This document shows, in pieces, positions 22,856-40,040 of a stretch of 64,000 nucleotides of DNA. Source of the DNA: Macrostomum lignano (taxonomy: Eukaryota). Within the stretch, counting starts at the first letter, position 1. Each line of letters starts with the position of its first letter. The notes below the pieces were generated by a model that worked only from the letters and a program-made list of their open reading frames with translations, made no database searches and was not told where the DNA came from. The position numbers were made by a program, and so were the translations under genes. Where the stretch lies: contig NIVC01000997.1 of NCBI GenBank assembly GCA_002269645.1, positions 124,001 through 188,000 of the forward strand. The letters are read 5' to 3'.

Positions 22856-23250
22856 CTGTCTCAACACTGCCACACAGACACTGTGTCTCAGCACTGCCAC
22901 ATAGACACTGTGTCTCAACACTGCCACACAGACACTGTGTCTCAGCACTGCCTCACAGACACTGTGTCTCAGCACTGCCACATAGACACTGTGTCTCAGC
23001 ACTGTCACATAGACACTGTGTCTCAGCACTGTCACATAGACACTGTGTCTCAGCACTGCCACATAGACACTGTGTCTCAGCACTGCCACATAGACACTGT
23101 GTCTCAGCACTGTCACATAGACACTGTGTCTCAGCACTGCCACACAGACACTGTGTCTCAGCACTGTCACACAGACACTGTCTCAGCACTGTCACATAGA
23201 CACTGTGTCTCAGCACTGCCACATAGATACCGTGTCTCAGCACTGTCACA
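22856..23250 (-). repeat. Inverted copy of the 27-bp minisatellite (CTGTGTCTCAGCACTGCCACATAGACA)
   Basis: Reverse complement of the 18320-19566 unit, about 14 copies. Confidence 0.95.
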
Positions 23251-23274
23251 TATACAGTGTCTTAGATATAAAGA

Positions 23275-23680
23275 AGGCGCCAGCTACAGAGAGTGGCCAG
23301 CTACAGAGGGGCGCCAGCTACAGAGGGGGCGCCAGCAACAGAGGGGGCGCCAGCTACAGAGGGGGCGCCAGCAACAGAGGGGGCGCCAGCAACAGAGGGG
23401 GCGCCAGCAACAGAGGGGCGCCAGCAACAGAGGGGCGCCAGCAACAGAGGGGCGCCAGCAACAGAGGGGCGCCAGCAACAGAGGGGCGCCAGCAACAGAG
23501 GGGCGCCAGCAACAGAGGGGCGCCAGCTACAGAGGGGCGCCAGCAACAGAGGGGCGCCAGCAACAGAGGGGCGCCAGCAACAGAGGGGCGCCAGCAACAG
23601 AGGGGCGCCAGCAACAGAGGGGCGCCAGCTACAGAGGGGCGCCAGCAACAGAGGGGCGTCAGCTACAGAGGGGGAGCCAG
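23275..23680. repeat. 17-18-bp minisatellite GGGGCGCCAGC(T/A)ACAGA
   Basis: About 23 copies, second locus of the family. Confidence 0.95.
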
Positions 23681-24259
23681 CCGTAGACAGACAGAGGGAG
23701 AGGGAGAGGGTGATATACGATGAAATATTTTAGCTCAGAGGAAACTGAGTCTGGACTATTGGCAGTCGTAAATTATCAATAATAATTTGCTGCTAGTATA
23801 CTTCACATGAACCAATCACAGAAAAGTTCATTTAGTTCTTTAATGTAGAATATTTTTCGCATGCTCCGTCTGATGCAATATTTATAGAGGCCAGTTATTT
23901 ATTCAACCGTCTGTTAGTGATATCTTTAATCAAACGGTTTCTTTAAATCTTAGATTGGCAGAAAACAGTTTCTCACGTGGCTATTTACGATATAAACCTG
24001 GCTATCATTTGAAAGTCGGATCAAGTTGACTCTGCCATTCGCGGAGGCTTGAGTTTCAAAAGGCTCGGGAAGACATGGGATTAACCTTCACGTCGCCGTT
24101 TCTTTCAATAGCAGAAATAATTAAAAACTATTGCTAAAGATAGCTCTGCGCAAAGGGTGAACAACGCAGATAGGGGCGAAATAATTGAAACAGTGAGATA
24201 TTAAAATTTAGTTTGTTTATGCACGAGGAAAATGCAGATGGAGAAGAGGGAAAAGGAAG

Positions 24260-25055
24260 GAGATTGAGGAGGAAGAAAAAGAGGGAGAGGGAGAGGGAGA
24301 TTGAGAGGGAAAGTGAGAGGAAGATTGAGAGGGAGAGGGAGATTGAGAGGGAAAGTGAGACGGAGAGTGAGAGGGAGAGGCAGAGAGAGAGGGAGAGGGA
24401 GACGGAGATTGAGAGGGAAAGTGAGACGGAGAGTGAGAGGGAGAGGCAGAGAGAGAGGGAGACGGAGACGGAGATTGAGAGGGAGAGGAAGAGGGAGAGG
24501 GAGAGGGAGAGGGAGAGGGAGAGGGAGAGGGAGAGAAAGAGGGAGAGGGAGAGGGAGAGGGAGATTGAGAGGGAGAGGGAGAGGAAGATTGAGAGGGAGA
24601 GGGAGATTGAGAGGGAGAGGCAGAGGGAGAGGGAGACGGAGACGGAGATTGAAAGGGAGAGGAAGAGGGAGAGGAAGAGGTAGAGGGAGAGGGAGAGGGA
24701 GAGGGAGAGAAAGAGGGAGAGGGAGAGGGAGATTGAGAGGGAAAGTGAGACGGAGAGTGAGAGGGAGAGGAAGAGGGAGAGGGAGAGGGAGAGGGAGATT
24801 GAGAGGGAGAGGGAGAGGGAGATTGAGAGGGAGAGGGAGAGGGAGAGGGAGATTGAGAGGGAGAGGAAGAGGAAGAGGGAGATTAAGAGGGAGAGGAAGA
24901 GGAAGAGGGAGATTGAGAGGGAGAGGAAGAGGAAGAGGGAGATTGAGAGGGAGAGGAAGAGGAAGAGGGAGATTGAGAGGGAGAGGAAGAGGAAGAGGGA
25001 GATTGAGAGGGAGAGGAAGAGGAAGAGGGAGAGGGAGATTGAGAGGGAGAGGAGG
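24260..25055. repeat. Purine-rich (GAGAGG)n-type microsatellite with ATT/ACG interruptions
   Basis: Near-pure G/A tract with longer internal periodicities. Confidence 0.95.
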
Positions 25056-25494
25056 CACAAAGGGCAAAGGGAATAAAAAATACAGATAGAAAATTTCGAT
25101 AATTCAATTCGCAGGAAATGCGTGAAAAAAAATCTTGATAAGCAATAAACTTTTTCTACGCACATTATATATTATAGTCTGCAGGAATGGGGCTGTCTCA
25201 AGCACCTGGTTACTATAAGTCGATCAGGAAGAAGCCAGGGAGAGGGAGAGTGCCAGGTGAATAAAGCGGATATTTGTGAGCTACCTATTCAGATACACCG
25301 AGAAAGTGCTGACTGAAAAATGGCGATACGAGTGCAGACCGCCTAGATGTGGGAGCAGTGCTCCAAATGCCTGTTCCTGTTCAGTGTACTTTTTGTGCTC
25401 GATATCACATGATACTGCTGGATTCTATTAGGCATCTCGAGGACTCCATGGTTGCAAATCTGGACTGGATCTGACTGGACTGGACTGTCTAAGC

Positions 25495-29390
<3,896 letters not shown>

Positions 29391-30059
29391 AGATAGGCAG
29401 GCAGGCAGGCAGGCAGGCAGGCAGACAGACAGACACGGACAGAATTCTCAAAACCGATCCGAACTATTCAAATCACTTTGGAAATCTGATTGCAAAAACA
29501 TTCAGAAAAGAAAGATTGGACTTTACTAAATTTTTTCACGCACCAATCAAAGTTGTCTTAAATTGCCTACAGCTTCCAATCCAAGTGACAGTATTGGACT
29601 AGAAGTCCACGGACCCTCAGTATGTAGCGGATGATTAATTATCTTCTATTAATAGAAGTTAATCTCGTCCTTTTCTGACCCTGGATTGTAGCATCATTTT
29701 ATGCTGTAACTTTTATTACTAATTTGTTGGCAAAAACAAATCACAGACATTTTTCTTTTTAAAAGCAAAGTCAGAAGTGATGCGGCCAAGCGGCTAAGTT
29801 TGCATGCTTTTCCGCGTGGGATTCTTACTTTGAGGATCACGTGATGATAAAGCTTCCTCCTGAAGGAAGTGACGCCTTGGAAAATATTCCAATTAGATAA
29901 GAAGAAGATCACAAAATTATTTTGCGTGAGTTTTGAGTTCGTTGAGTTTGCCTCAGATTGACTGAGTTCAACGAGTTCACGGGAGAGATTTTCACAATCG
30001 GAAAAAAGTTCCAAATGGGATTTTCGATGTGATTTTTCACTACAGCGAATCCTTAAAAC

Positions 30060-33000
30060 CACCCCCAACTCGAACAGCAGATTCTCAGAACGCCCTTAAT
30101 CTCGAAAAGCGGATTCCAAAATCCGCCCCCTAAAATCGAACAGTGGATTCAAAAATCCGCCCTAACTCTAACAGCCGATTCCAAAATCCGCCCCCAACTC
30201 GAATAGCGGATCCTCAAAACCGCCCCCAACTCGAGCAACCGATTCCAAAATCCGCCCCCAACTCGAGCAACCGATTCCAAAATCCGCCCCCAACTCGAAT
30301 AGCGGATCCTCAAAACCGCCCCCAACTCGAGCAACCGATTCCAAAATCCGCCCCCAACTCGAGCAACCGATTCCAAAATCCGCCCCCAACTCGAGCAACC
30401 GATTCCAAAATCCGCCCCCAACTCGAGCAACCGATTCCAAAATCCGCACCCAACTCGAATAGCGGGTCCTCAAAACCGCCCCCAACTCGAATAGCGGATC
30501 TTCAAAACCGCCCCCAACTCGAATAGCGGATCTTCAAAACCGCCCCCAACTCGAACAGCGGATTCTCAAAACCGCCCCCAACTCGAACAGCGAATTCTCA
30601 AACCCGCCCCCAACTCGAACAGCGGATTCTCAAAACCGCCCCCAACTCGAACAGCGGATTCTCAAAACCGCCCCCAACTCGAATAGCGGATTCTCAAAAC
30701 CGCCCCCAACTCGAATAGCGGATTCTCAAAACCGCCCCCAACTCGAGCAACCGATTACAAAATCCGCCCCCAACTCGAATAGCGGATTCTCAAAACCGCC
30801 CCCAACTCGAATAGCGTATTCTCAAAACCGCCCCCAACTCGAGCAACCGATTACAAAATCCGCCCCCAACTCGAATAGCGGATTCTCAAAACCGCCCCCA
30901 ACTCGAGCAACCGATTCCAAAATCCGCCCGCAACTCGAGCAACCGATTCCAAAATCCGCCCCCAACTCGAATAGCGGATCCTCAAAACCGCCCCCAACTC
31001 GAGCAACCGATTCCAAAATTCGCCCCCAACTCGAGCAACCGATTCCAAAATCCGCCCCCAACTCGAGCAACCGATTCCAAAATCCGCCCCCAACTCGAGC
31101 AACCGATTCCAAAATCCGCCCCCAACTCGAATAGCGGGTCCTCAAAACCGCCCCCAACTCAAAACCGCCCCCAACTCGAATAGCGGATCTTCAAAACCGC
31201 CCCCAACTCGAATAGCGGATCTTCAAAACCGCCCCCAACTCGAACAGCGGATTCTCAAAACCGCCCCCAACTCGAACAGCGAATTCTCAAACCCGCCCCC
31301 AACTCGAACAGCGGATTCTCAAAACCGCCCCCAACTCGAACAGCGGATTCTCAAAACCGCCCCCAACTCGAATAGCGGATTCTCAAAACCGCCCCCAACT
31401 CGAATAGCGGATTCTCAAAACCGCCCCCAACTCGAGCAACCGATTACAAAATCCGCCCCCAACTCGAATAGCGGATTCTCAAAACCGCCCCCAACTCGAA
31501 TAGCGGATTTTCAAAACCGCCCCCAACTCGAATAGCGGATTCTCAAAACCGCCCCCAACTCGAGCAACCGATTACAAAATCCGCCCCCAACTCGAATAGC
31601 GGATTCTCAAAACCGCCCCCAACTCGAATAGCGGATTCTCAAAACGCCCCCAACTCGAATAGCGGATCCTCAAAACCGCCCCCAACTCGAGCAACCGATT
31701 CCAAAATCCGCCCCCAACTCGAGAAACCGATTCCAAAATCCGCCCCCAACTCGAGCAACCGATTCCAAAATCCGCCCCCAACTCGAGCAACCGATTCCAA
31801 AAACCGCCCCCAACTCGAATAGCGGAATCTCAAAACCGCCCCCAACTCGAGCAACCGATTCCAAAATCCGCCCCCAACTCGAGCAACCGATTCCAAAATC
31901 CGCCCCCAACTCGAGCAACCGATTCCAAAATCCGCACCCAACTCGAATAGCGGGTCCTCAAAACCGCCCCCAACTCGAGCAACCGATTCCAAAATCCGCC
32001 CCCAACTCGAGCAACCGATTCCAAAAACCGCCCCCAACTCGAGCAACCGATTCCAAAATCCGCCCCCCAACTCGAGCAACCGATTCCAAAATCCGCACCC
32101 AACTCGAATAGCGGGTCCTCAAAACCGCCCCCAACTCAAAACCGCCCCCAACTCGAATAGCGGATCTTCAAAACCGCCCCCAACTCGAATAGCGGATCTT
32201 CAAAACCGCCCCCAACTCGAACAGCGGATTCTCAAAACCGCCCCCAACTCGAATAGCGGATTCTCAAAACCGCCCCCAACTCGAATAGCGGATTCTCAAA
32301 ACCGCCCCCAACTCGAGCAACCGATTACAAAATCCGCCCCCAACTCGAATAGCGGATTCTCAAAACCGCCCCCAACTCGAATACCGGATTCTCAAAACCG
32401 CCCCCAACTCGAGCAACCGATTACAAAATCCGCCCCCAACTCGAATAGCGGATTCTCAAAACCGCCCCCAACTCGAGCAACCGATTACAAAATCCGCCCC
32501 CAACTCGAATAGCGGATTCTCAAAACCGCCCCCAACTCGAGCAACCGATTCCAAAATCCGCACCCAACTCGAATAGCGGGTCCTCAAAACCGCCCCCAAC
32601 TCAAAACCGCCCCCAACTCGAATAGCGGATCTTCAAAACCGCCCCCAACTCGAATAGCGGATCTTCAAAACCGCCCCCAACTCGAACAGCGGATTCTCAA
32701 AACCGCCCCCAACTCGAACAGCGGATTCTCAAAACCGCCCCCAACTCGAACAGCGGATTCTCAAAACCGCCCCCAACTCGAATAGCGGATTCTCAAAACC
32801 GCCCCCAACTCGAATAGCGGATTCTCAAAACCGCCCCCAACTCGAGCAACCGATTACAAAATCCGCCCCCAACTCGAATAGCGGATTCTCAAAACCGCCC
32901 CCAACTCGAATAGCGTATTCTCAAAACCGCCCCCAACTCGAGCAACCGATTACAAAATCCGCCCCCAACTCGAATAGCGGATTCGCAAAACCGCCCCCAA

Positions 33001-35780
33001 CTCGAATAGCGGATTCTCAAAACCGCCCCCAACTCGAGCAACCGATTACAAAATCCGCCCCCAACTCGAATAGCGGATTCTCAAAACCGCCCCCAACTCG
33101 AGCAACCGATTACAAAATCCGCCCCCAACTCGAATAGCGGATTCTCAAAACCGCCCCCAACTCGAGCAACCGATTCCAAAATCCGCACCCAACTCGAATA
33201 GCGGGTCCTCAAAACCGCCCCCAACTCAAAACCGCCCCCAACTCGAATAGCGGATCTTCAAAACCGCCCCCAACTCGAATAGCGGATCTTCAAAACCGCC
33301 CCCAACTCGAATAGCGGATCTTCAAAACCGCCCCCAACTCGAACAGCGAATTCTCAAACCCGCCCCCAACTCGAACAGCGGATTCTCAAAACCGCCCCCA
33401 ACTCGAACAGCGGATTCTCAAAACCGCCCCCAACTCGAATAGCGGATTCTCAAAACCGCCCCCAACTCGAATAGCGGATTCTCAAAACCGCCCCCAACTC
33501 GAATAGCGGATTCTCAAAACCGCCCCCAACTCGAGCAACCGATTACAAAATCCGCCCCCAACTCGAATAGCGGATTCTCAAAACCGCCCCCAACTCGAAT
33601 AGCGGATTCTCAAAACCGCCCCCAACTCGAGCAACCGATTACAAAATCCGCCCCCAACTCGAATAGCGGATTCTCAAAACCGCCCCCAACTCGAGCAACC
33701 GATTACAAAATCCGCCCCCAACTCGAATAGCGGATTCTCAAAACCGCCCCCAACTCGAGCAACCGATTACAAAATCCGCCCCCAACTCGAATAGCGGATT
33801 CTCAAAACCGCCCCCAACTCGAGCAACCGATTCCAAAATCCGCACCCAACTCGAATAGCGGGTCCTCAAAACCGCCCCCAACTCAAAACCGCCCCCAACT
33901 CGAATAGCGGATCTTCAAAACCGCCCCCAACTCGAATAGCGGATCTTCAAAACCGCCCCCAACTCGAATAGCGGATCTTCAAAACCGCCCCCAACTCGAA
34001 CAGCGGATTCTCAAAACCGCCCCCAACTCGAACAGCGAATTCTCAAAACCGCCCCCAACTCGAACAGCGGATTCTCAAAACCGCCCCCAACTCGAATAGC
34101 GGATTCTCAAAACCGCCCCCAACTCGAATAGCGGATTCTCAAAACCGCCCCAACTCGAGCAACCGATTACAAAATCCGCCCCCAACTCGAATAGCGGATT
34201 CTCAAAACCGCCCCCAACTCGAATAGCGGATTCTCAAAACCGCCCCCAACTCGAGCAACCGATTACAAAATCCGCCCCCAACTCGAATAGCGGATTCTCA
34301 AAACCGCCCCCAACTCGAGCAACCGATTACAAAATCCGCCCCCAACTCGAATAGCGGATTCTCAAAACCGCCCCCAACTCGAGCAACCGATTACAAAATC
34401 CGCCCCCAACTCGAATAGCGGATTCTCAAAACCGCCCCCAACTCGAGCAACCGATTCCAAAATCCGCACCCAACTCGAATAGCGGGTCCTCAAAACCGCC
34501 CCCAACTCAAAACCGCCCCCAACTCGAATAGCGGATCTTCAAAACCGCCCCCAACTCGAATAGCGGATCTTCAAAACCGCCCCCAACTCGAACAGCGGAT
34601 TCTCAAAACCGCCCCCAACTCGAACAGCGAATTCTCAAACCCGCCCCCAACTCGAACAGCGGATTCTCAAAACCGCCCCCAACTCGAACAGCGGATTCTC
34701 AAAACCGCCCCCAACTCGAATAGCGGATTCTCAAAACCGCCCCCAACTCGAATAGCGGATTCTCAAAACCGCCCCCAACTCGAGCAACCGATTACAAAAT
34801 CCGCCCCCAACTCGAATAGCGGATTCTCAAAACCGCCCCCAACTCGAATAGCGGATTCTCAAAACCGCCCCCAACTCGAGCAACCGATTACAAAATCCGC
34901 CCCCAACTCGAATAGCGAATTCTCAAAACCGCCCCCAACTCGAGCAAACGATTACAAAATCCGCCCCCAACTCGAATAGCGGATCCTCAAAACCGCCCCC
35001 AACTCGAGCAACCGATTACAAAATCCGCCCCCAACTCGAATAGCGGATTCTCAAAACGCCCCCAACTCGAATAGCGGATTCTCAAAACCGCCCCCAACTC
35101 GAGCAACCGATTCCAAAATCCGCGCCCCCAACTCGAATAGCGGATCCTCAAAACCGCCCCCAACTCGAGCAACCGATTACAAAATCCGCCCCCAACTCGA
35201 ATAGCGGATTCTCAAAACCGCCCCCAACTCGAATAGCGGATCCTCAAAACCGCCCCCAACTCGAGCAACCGATTCCAAAATCCGCCCCCAACTCGAATAG
35301 CGGATCCTCAAAACCGCCTCCAACTCGAGCAACCGATTCCAAAATCCGGCCCCAACTCGAATAGCGGATCCTCAAAACCGCCCCTAACACAAAACCGCCC
35401 CCAACTCGAATAGCGGATTCTCGAAACCGCCCCCAACTCGAACAGCGGATTCTCAAAACCGCCCCCAACTCGAACAGCGGATTCTCAAAACCGCCCCCAA
35501 CTCGAACAGCGGATTCTCAAAACCGCCCCCAACTCGAACAGCGGATTCTCAAAACCGCCCCCAACTCGAACAGCGGATTCTCAAAACCGCCCCCAACTCG
35601 AACAGCGGATTCTCAAAACCGCCCCCAACTCGAACAGCGGATTCTCAAAACCGCCCCCAACTCGAACAGCGGATTCTCAAAACCGCCCCCAACTCGAACA
35701 GCGGATTCTCAAAACCGCCCCCAACTCGAACAGCGGATTCTCAAAACCGCCCCCAACTCGAACAGCGGATTCTCAAACCC
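30060..35780. repeat. 32-bp GC-box-rich satellite (AAAACCGCCCCCAACTCGAATAGCGGATTCTC and an AAATCCG../GCAACCGATT variant) with higher-order structure
   Basis: About 175 monomers, two main variants, recurring marker units. Confidence 0.97.
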
Positions 35781-36416
35781 GCCCGCCCCGTTACTCGGAC
35801 TGCAGACCCTAAAATCAGCTCAGCCTCAGAAGAAGAAGAATAGTCCTCTAATCAAGATGGAATGACAAAAGTTTCCAATCGCTCATATTTTCTTAGCTCA
35901 GCAGCCTCCGCTTTCGTGACTTCAGAAGGTTTCCCTCGTCATCGATGTGGAGACATAATTTGAGTCGATGGCAACAGGGTTAAATAATGACTCTTTCGAT
36001 GAGCCTTTTTATCTGTTTGAAGAAAACTGATTCCTTAAAGGGCTTGCAGCAGAAGCTTTTTCCGCTACCTACTAATACGACTCTAACCTTTCTCTTCTGA
36101 GCACAGGGGGATTTCTGTGGGGTTAGGTTAGTCTTGACAAAACGGGGGATGCTCATCACAGCTTTTTAATTTGGATTCAAGGATGCAAAGGCAACAAAAA
36201 GCAGATGGAAACTCGATTGAAGACTGAAATTTGCAAATGAGAGGCAGGGTTTTTTATGAAATTAATTGGTGAGGATTTTTCTCTTTGACAGGGAGGGGGG
36301 TAACTCATTTCTGATTAGTTTTGCTGTACCACTCATCGAAAATCTGCTCTTCTAAGCAATGATTTACTGTAAGTCACATGCAAACAATGCGAAGGTTGTT
36401 GCCAAAATGTGCATAT

Positions 36417-39400
36417 TGGCTGGGATAGGGCAATCTGTATCAAGTATTGTTCTCTTTTGTCTATGGCTGGGATAGGGCAATCTGTATCAAGTATTGTTCT
36501 CTTTTGTCCATGGCTGGGATAGGGCAATCTGTATCAAGTATTGTTCCCTTTTGTCCATGGCTGGGATAGGGCAATCTGTATCAAGTATTGTTCCCTTTTG
36601 TCCATGGCTGGGATAGGGCAATCTGTATCAAGTATTGTTCTCTTTTGTCCATGGCTGGGATAGGGCAATCTGTATCAAGTATTGTTCCCTTTTGTCCATG
36701 GCTGGGATAGGGCAATCTGTATCAAGTATTGTTCCCTTTTGTCCATGGCTGGGATAGGGCAATCTGTATCAAGTATTGTTCTCTTTTGTCCATGGCTGGG
36801 ATAGGGAAATCTGCATCAAGTATTGTTCCCTTTTGTCCATGGCTGGGATAGGGCAATCTGTATCAAGTATTGTTCCCTTTTGTCCATGGCTGGGATAGGG
36901 CAATCTGTATCAAGTATTGTTCTCTTTTGTCCATGGCTGGGATAGGGCAATCTGTATCAAGTATTGTTCCCTTTTGTCCATGGCTGGGATAGGGCAATCT
37001 GTATCAAGTATTGTTCCCTTTTGCCCATGGCTGGGATAGGGCAATCTGTATCAAGTATTGTTCCCTTTTGCCCATGGCTGGGATAGGGCAATCTGTATCA
37101 AGTATTGTTCCCTTTTGTCCATGGCTGGGATAGGGCAATCTGTATCAAGTATTGTTCCCTTTTGTCCATGGCTGGGATAGGGCAATCTGTATCAAGTATT
37201 GTTCCCTTTTGTCCATGGCTGGGATAGGGCAATCTGTATCAAGTATTGTTCTCTTTTGTCCATGGCTGGGATAGGGCAATCTGTATCAAGTATTGTTCCC
37301 TTTTGTCCATGGCTGGGATAGGGCAATCTGTATCAAGTATTGTTCTCTTTTGTCCATGGCTGGGATAGGGCAATCTGTATCAAGTATTGTTCCCTTTTGT
37401 CCATGGCTGGGATAGGGCAATCTGTATCAAGTATTGTTCCCTTTTGTCCATGGCTGGGATAGGGCAATCTGTATCAAGTATTGTTCCCTTTTGTCTATGG
37501 CTGGGATAGGGCAATCTGTATCAAGTATTGTTCCCTTTTGTCCATGGCTGGGATAGGGCAATCTGTATCAAGTATTGTTCCCTTTTGTCCATGGCTGGGA
37601 TAGGGCAATCTGTATCAAGTATTGTTCCCTTTTGTCCATGGCTGGGATAGGGCAATCTGCATCAAGTATTGTTCCCTTTTGTCCATGGCTGGGATAGGGC
37701 AATCTGTATCAAGTATTGTTCCCTTTTGTCCATGGCTGGGATAGGGCAATCTGTATCAAGTATTGTTCCCTTTTGTCTATGGCTGGGATAGGGCAATCTG
37801 TATCAAGTATTGTTCCCTTTTGCCCATGGCTGGGATAGGGCAATCTGTATCAAGTATTGTTCCCTTTTGTCCATGGCTGGGATAGGGCAATTTGTGTCAA
37901 GTATTGTTCCCTTTTGTCTATGGCTGGGATAGGGCAATCTGTATCAAGTATTGTTCTCTTTTGTCCATGGCTGGGATAGGGCAATCTGTATCAAGTATTG
38001 TTCCCTTTTGTCCATGGCTGGGATAGGGCAATCTGTATCAAGTATTGTTCCCTTTTGTCCATGGCTGGGATAGGGCAATCTGCATCAAGTATTGTTCCCT
38101 TTTGTCCATGGCTGGGATAGGGCAATCTGCATCAAGTATTGTTCCCTTTTGTCCATGGCTGGGATAGGGCAATCTGTATCAAGTATTGTTCTCTTTTGTC
38201 CATGGCTGGGATAGGGAAATCTGCATCAAGTATTGTTCCCTTTTGTCCATGGCTGGGATAGGGCAATCTGTATCAAGTATTGTTCCCTTTTGTCCATGGC
38301 TGGGATAGGGCAATCTGCATCAAGTATTGTTCCCTTTTGTCTATGGCTGGGATAGGGCAATCTGTATCAAGTATTGTTCCCTTTTGTCTATGGCTGGGAT
38401 AGGGCAATCTGTATCAAGTATTGTTCTCTTTTGTCCATGGCTGGGATAGGGAAATCTGCATCAAGTATTGTTCCCTTTTGTCCATGGCTGGGATAGGGCA
38501 ATCTGTATCAAGTATTGTTCCCTTTTGTCCATGGCTGGGATAGGGCAATCTGCATCAAGTATTGTTCCCTTTTGTCTATGGCTGGGATAGGGCAATCTGT
38601 ATCAAGTATTGTTCCCTTTTGTCTATGGCTGGGATAGGGCAATCTGTATCAAGTATTGTTCTCTTTTGTCCATGGCTGGGATAGGGAAATCTGTATCAAG
38701 TATTGTTCCCTTTTGTCCATGGCTGGGATAGGGCAATCTGTATCAAGTATTGTTCCCTTTTGTCCATGGCTGGGATAGGGCAATCTGCATCAAGTATTGT
38801 TCCCTTTTGTCTATGGCTGGGATAGGGCAATCTGTATCAAGTATTGTTCCCTTTTGTCCATGGCTGGGATAGGGCAATCTGTATCAAGTATTGTTCCCTT
38901 TTGTCCATGGCTGGGATAGGGAAATCTGTATCAAGTATTGTTCCCTTTTGTCCATGGCTGGGATAGGGCAATCTGTATCAAGTATTGTTCCCTTTTGTCC
39001 ATGGCTGGGATAGGGCAATCTGTATCAAGTATTGTTCCCTTTTGTCCATGGCTGGGATAGGGCAATCTGTATCAAGTATTGTTCCCTTTTGTCCATGGCT
39101 GGGATAGGGCAATCTGCATCAAGTATTGTTCCCTTTTGTCCATGGCTGGGATAGGGCAATCTGCATCAAGTATTGTTCCCTTTTGTCCATGGCTGGGATA
39201 GGGCAATCTGTATCAAGTATTGTTCTCTTTTGTCCATGGCTGGGATAGGGAAATCTGCATCAAGTATTGTTCCCTTTTGTCCATGGCTGGGATAGGGCAA
39301 TCTGTATCAAGTATTGTTCCCTTTTGTCCATGGCTGGGATAGGGCAATCTGCATCAAGTATTGTTCCCTTTTGTCTATGGCTGGGATAGGGCAATCTGTA

Positions 39401-40038
39401 TCAAGTATTGTTCCCTTTTGTCTATGGCTGGGATAGGGCAATCTGTATCAAGTATTGTTCTCTTTTGTCCATGGCTGGGATAGGGAAATCTGCATCAAGT
39501 ATTGTTCCCTTTTGTCCATGGCTGGGATAGGGCAATCTGTATCAAGTATTGTTCCCTTTTGTCCATGGCTGGGATAGGGCAATCTGCATCAAGTATTGTT
39601 CCCTTTTGTCTATGGCTGGGATAGGGCAATCTGTATCAAGTATTGTTCCCTTTTGTCTATGGCTGGGATAGGGCAATCTGTATCAAGTATTGTTCTTTTT
39701 TGTCCATGGCTGGGATAGGGCAATCTGTATCAAGTATTGTTCCCTTTTGTCCATGGCTGGGATAGGGCAATCTGTATCAAGTATTGTTCCCTTTTGTCCA
39801 TGGCTGGGATAGGGCAATCTGTATCAAGTATTGTTCTCTTTTGTCCATGGCTGGGATAGGGCAATCTGTATCAAGTATTGTTCCCTTTTGCCCATGGCTG
39901 GGATAGGGCAATCTGTATCAAGTATTGTTCCCTTTTGTCCATGGCTGGGATAGGGCAATCTGTATCAAGTATTGTTCCCTTTTGTCCATGGCTGGGATAG
40001 GGCAATCTGTATCAAGTATTGTTCCCTTTTGTCTATGG
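36417..40038. repeat. 47-bp satellite TGGCTGGGATAGGGCAATCTGTATCAAGTATTGTTCCCTTTTGTCCA
   Basis: About 77 highly homogeneous copies. Confidence 0.98.
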
Positions 40039-40040
40039 TA

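Noticed and set aside
25180-25430. Two exon-like AG...GT segments on the plus strand
   Set aside because: Their translations match nothing I recognise and no consistent gene model could be built.
29829-29876. Candidate DDX56 first exon (..YHHVILK|GTAAGA, phase 0)
   Set aside because: It lacks the F..MGLD.R motif and an ATG, and would need a 23-kb intron containing a same-strand gene.
36417-40038. Regular 20-47-bp repeat arrays resembling CRISPR
   Set aside because: The units are head-to-tail with no unique spacers, there are no cas genes, and the context is eukaryotic.
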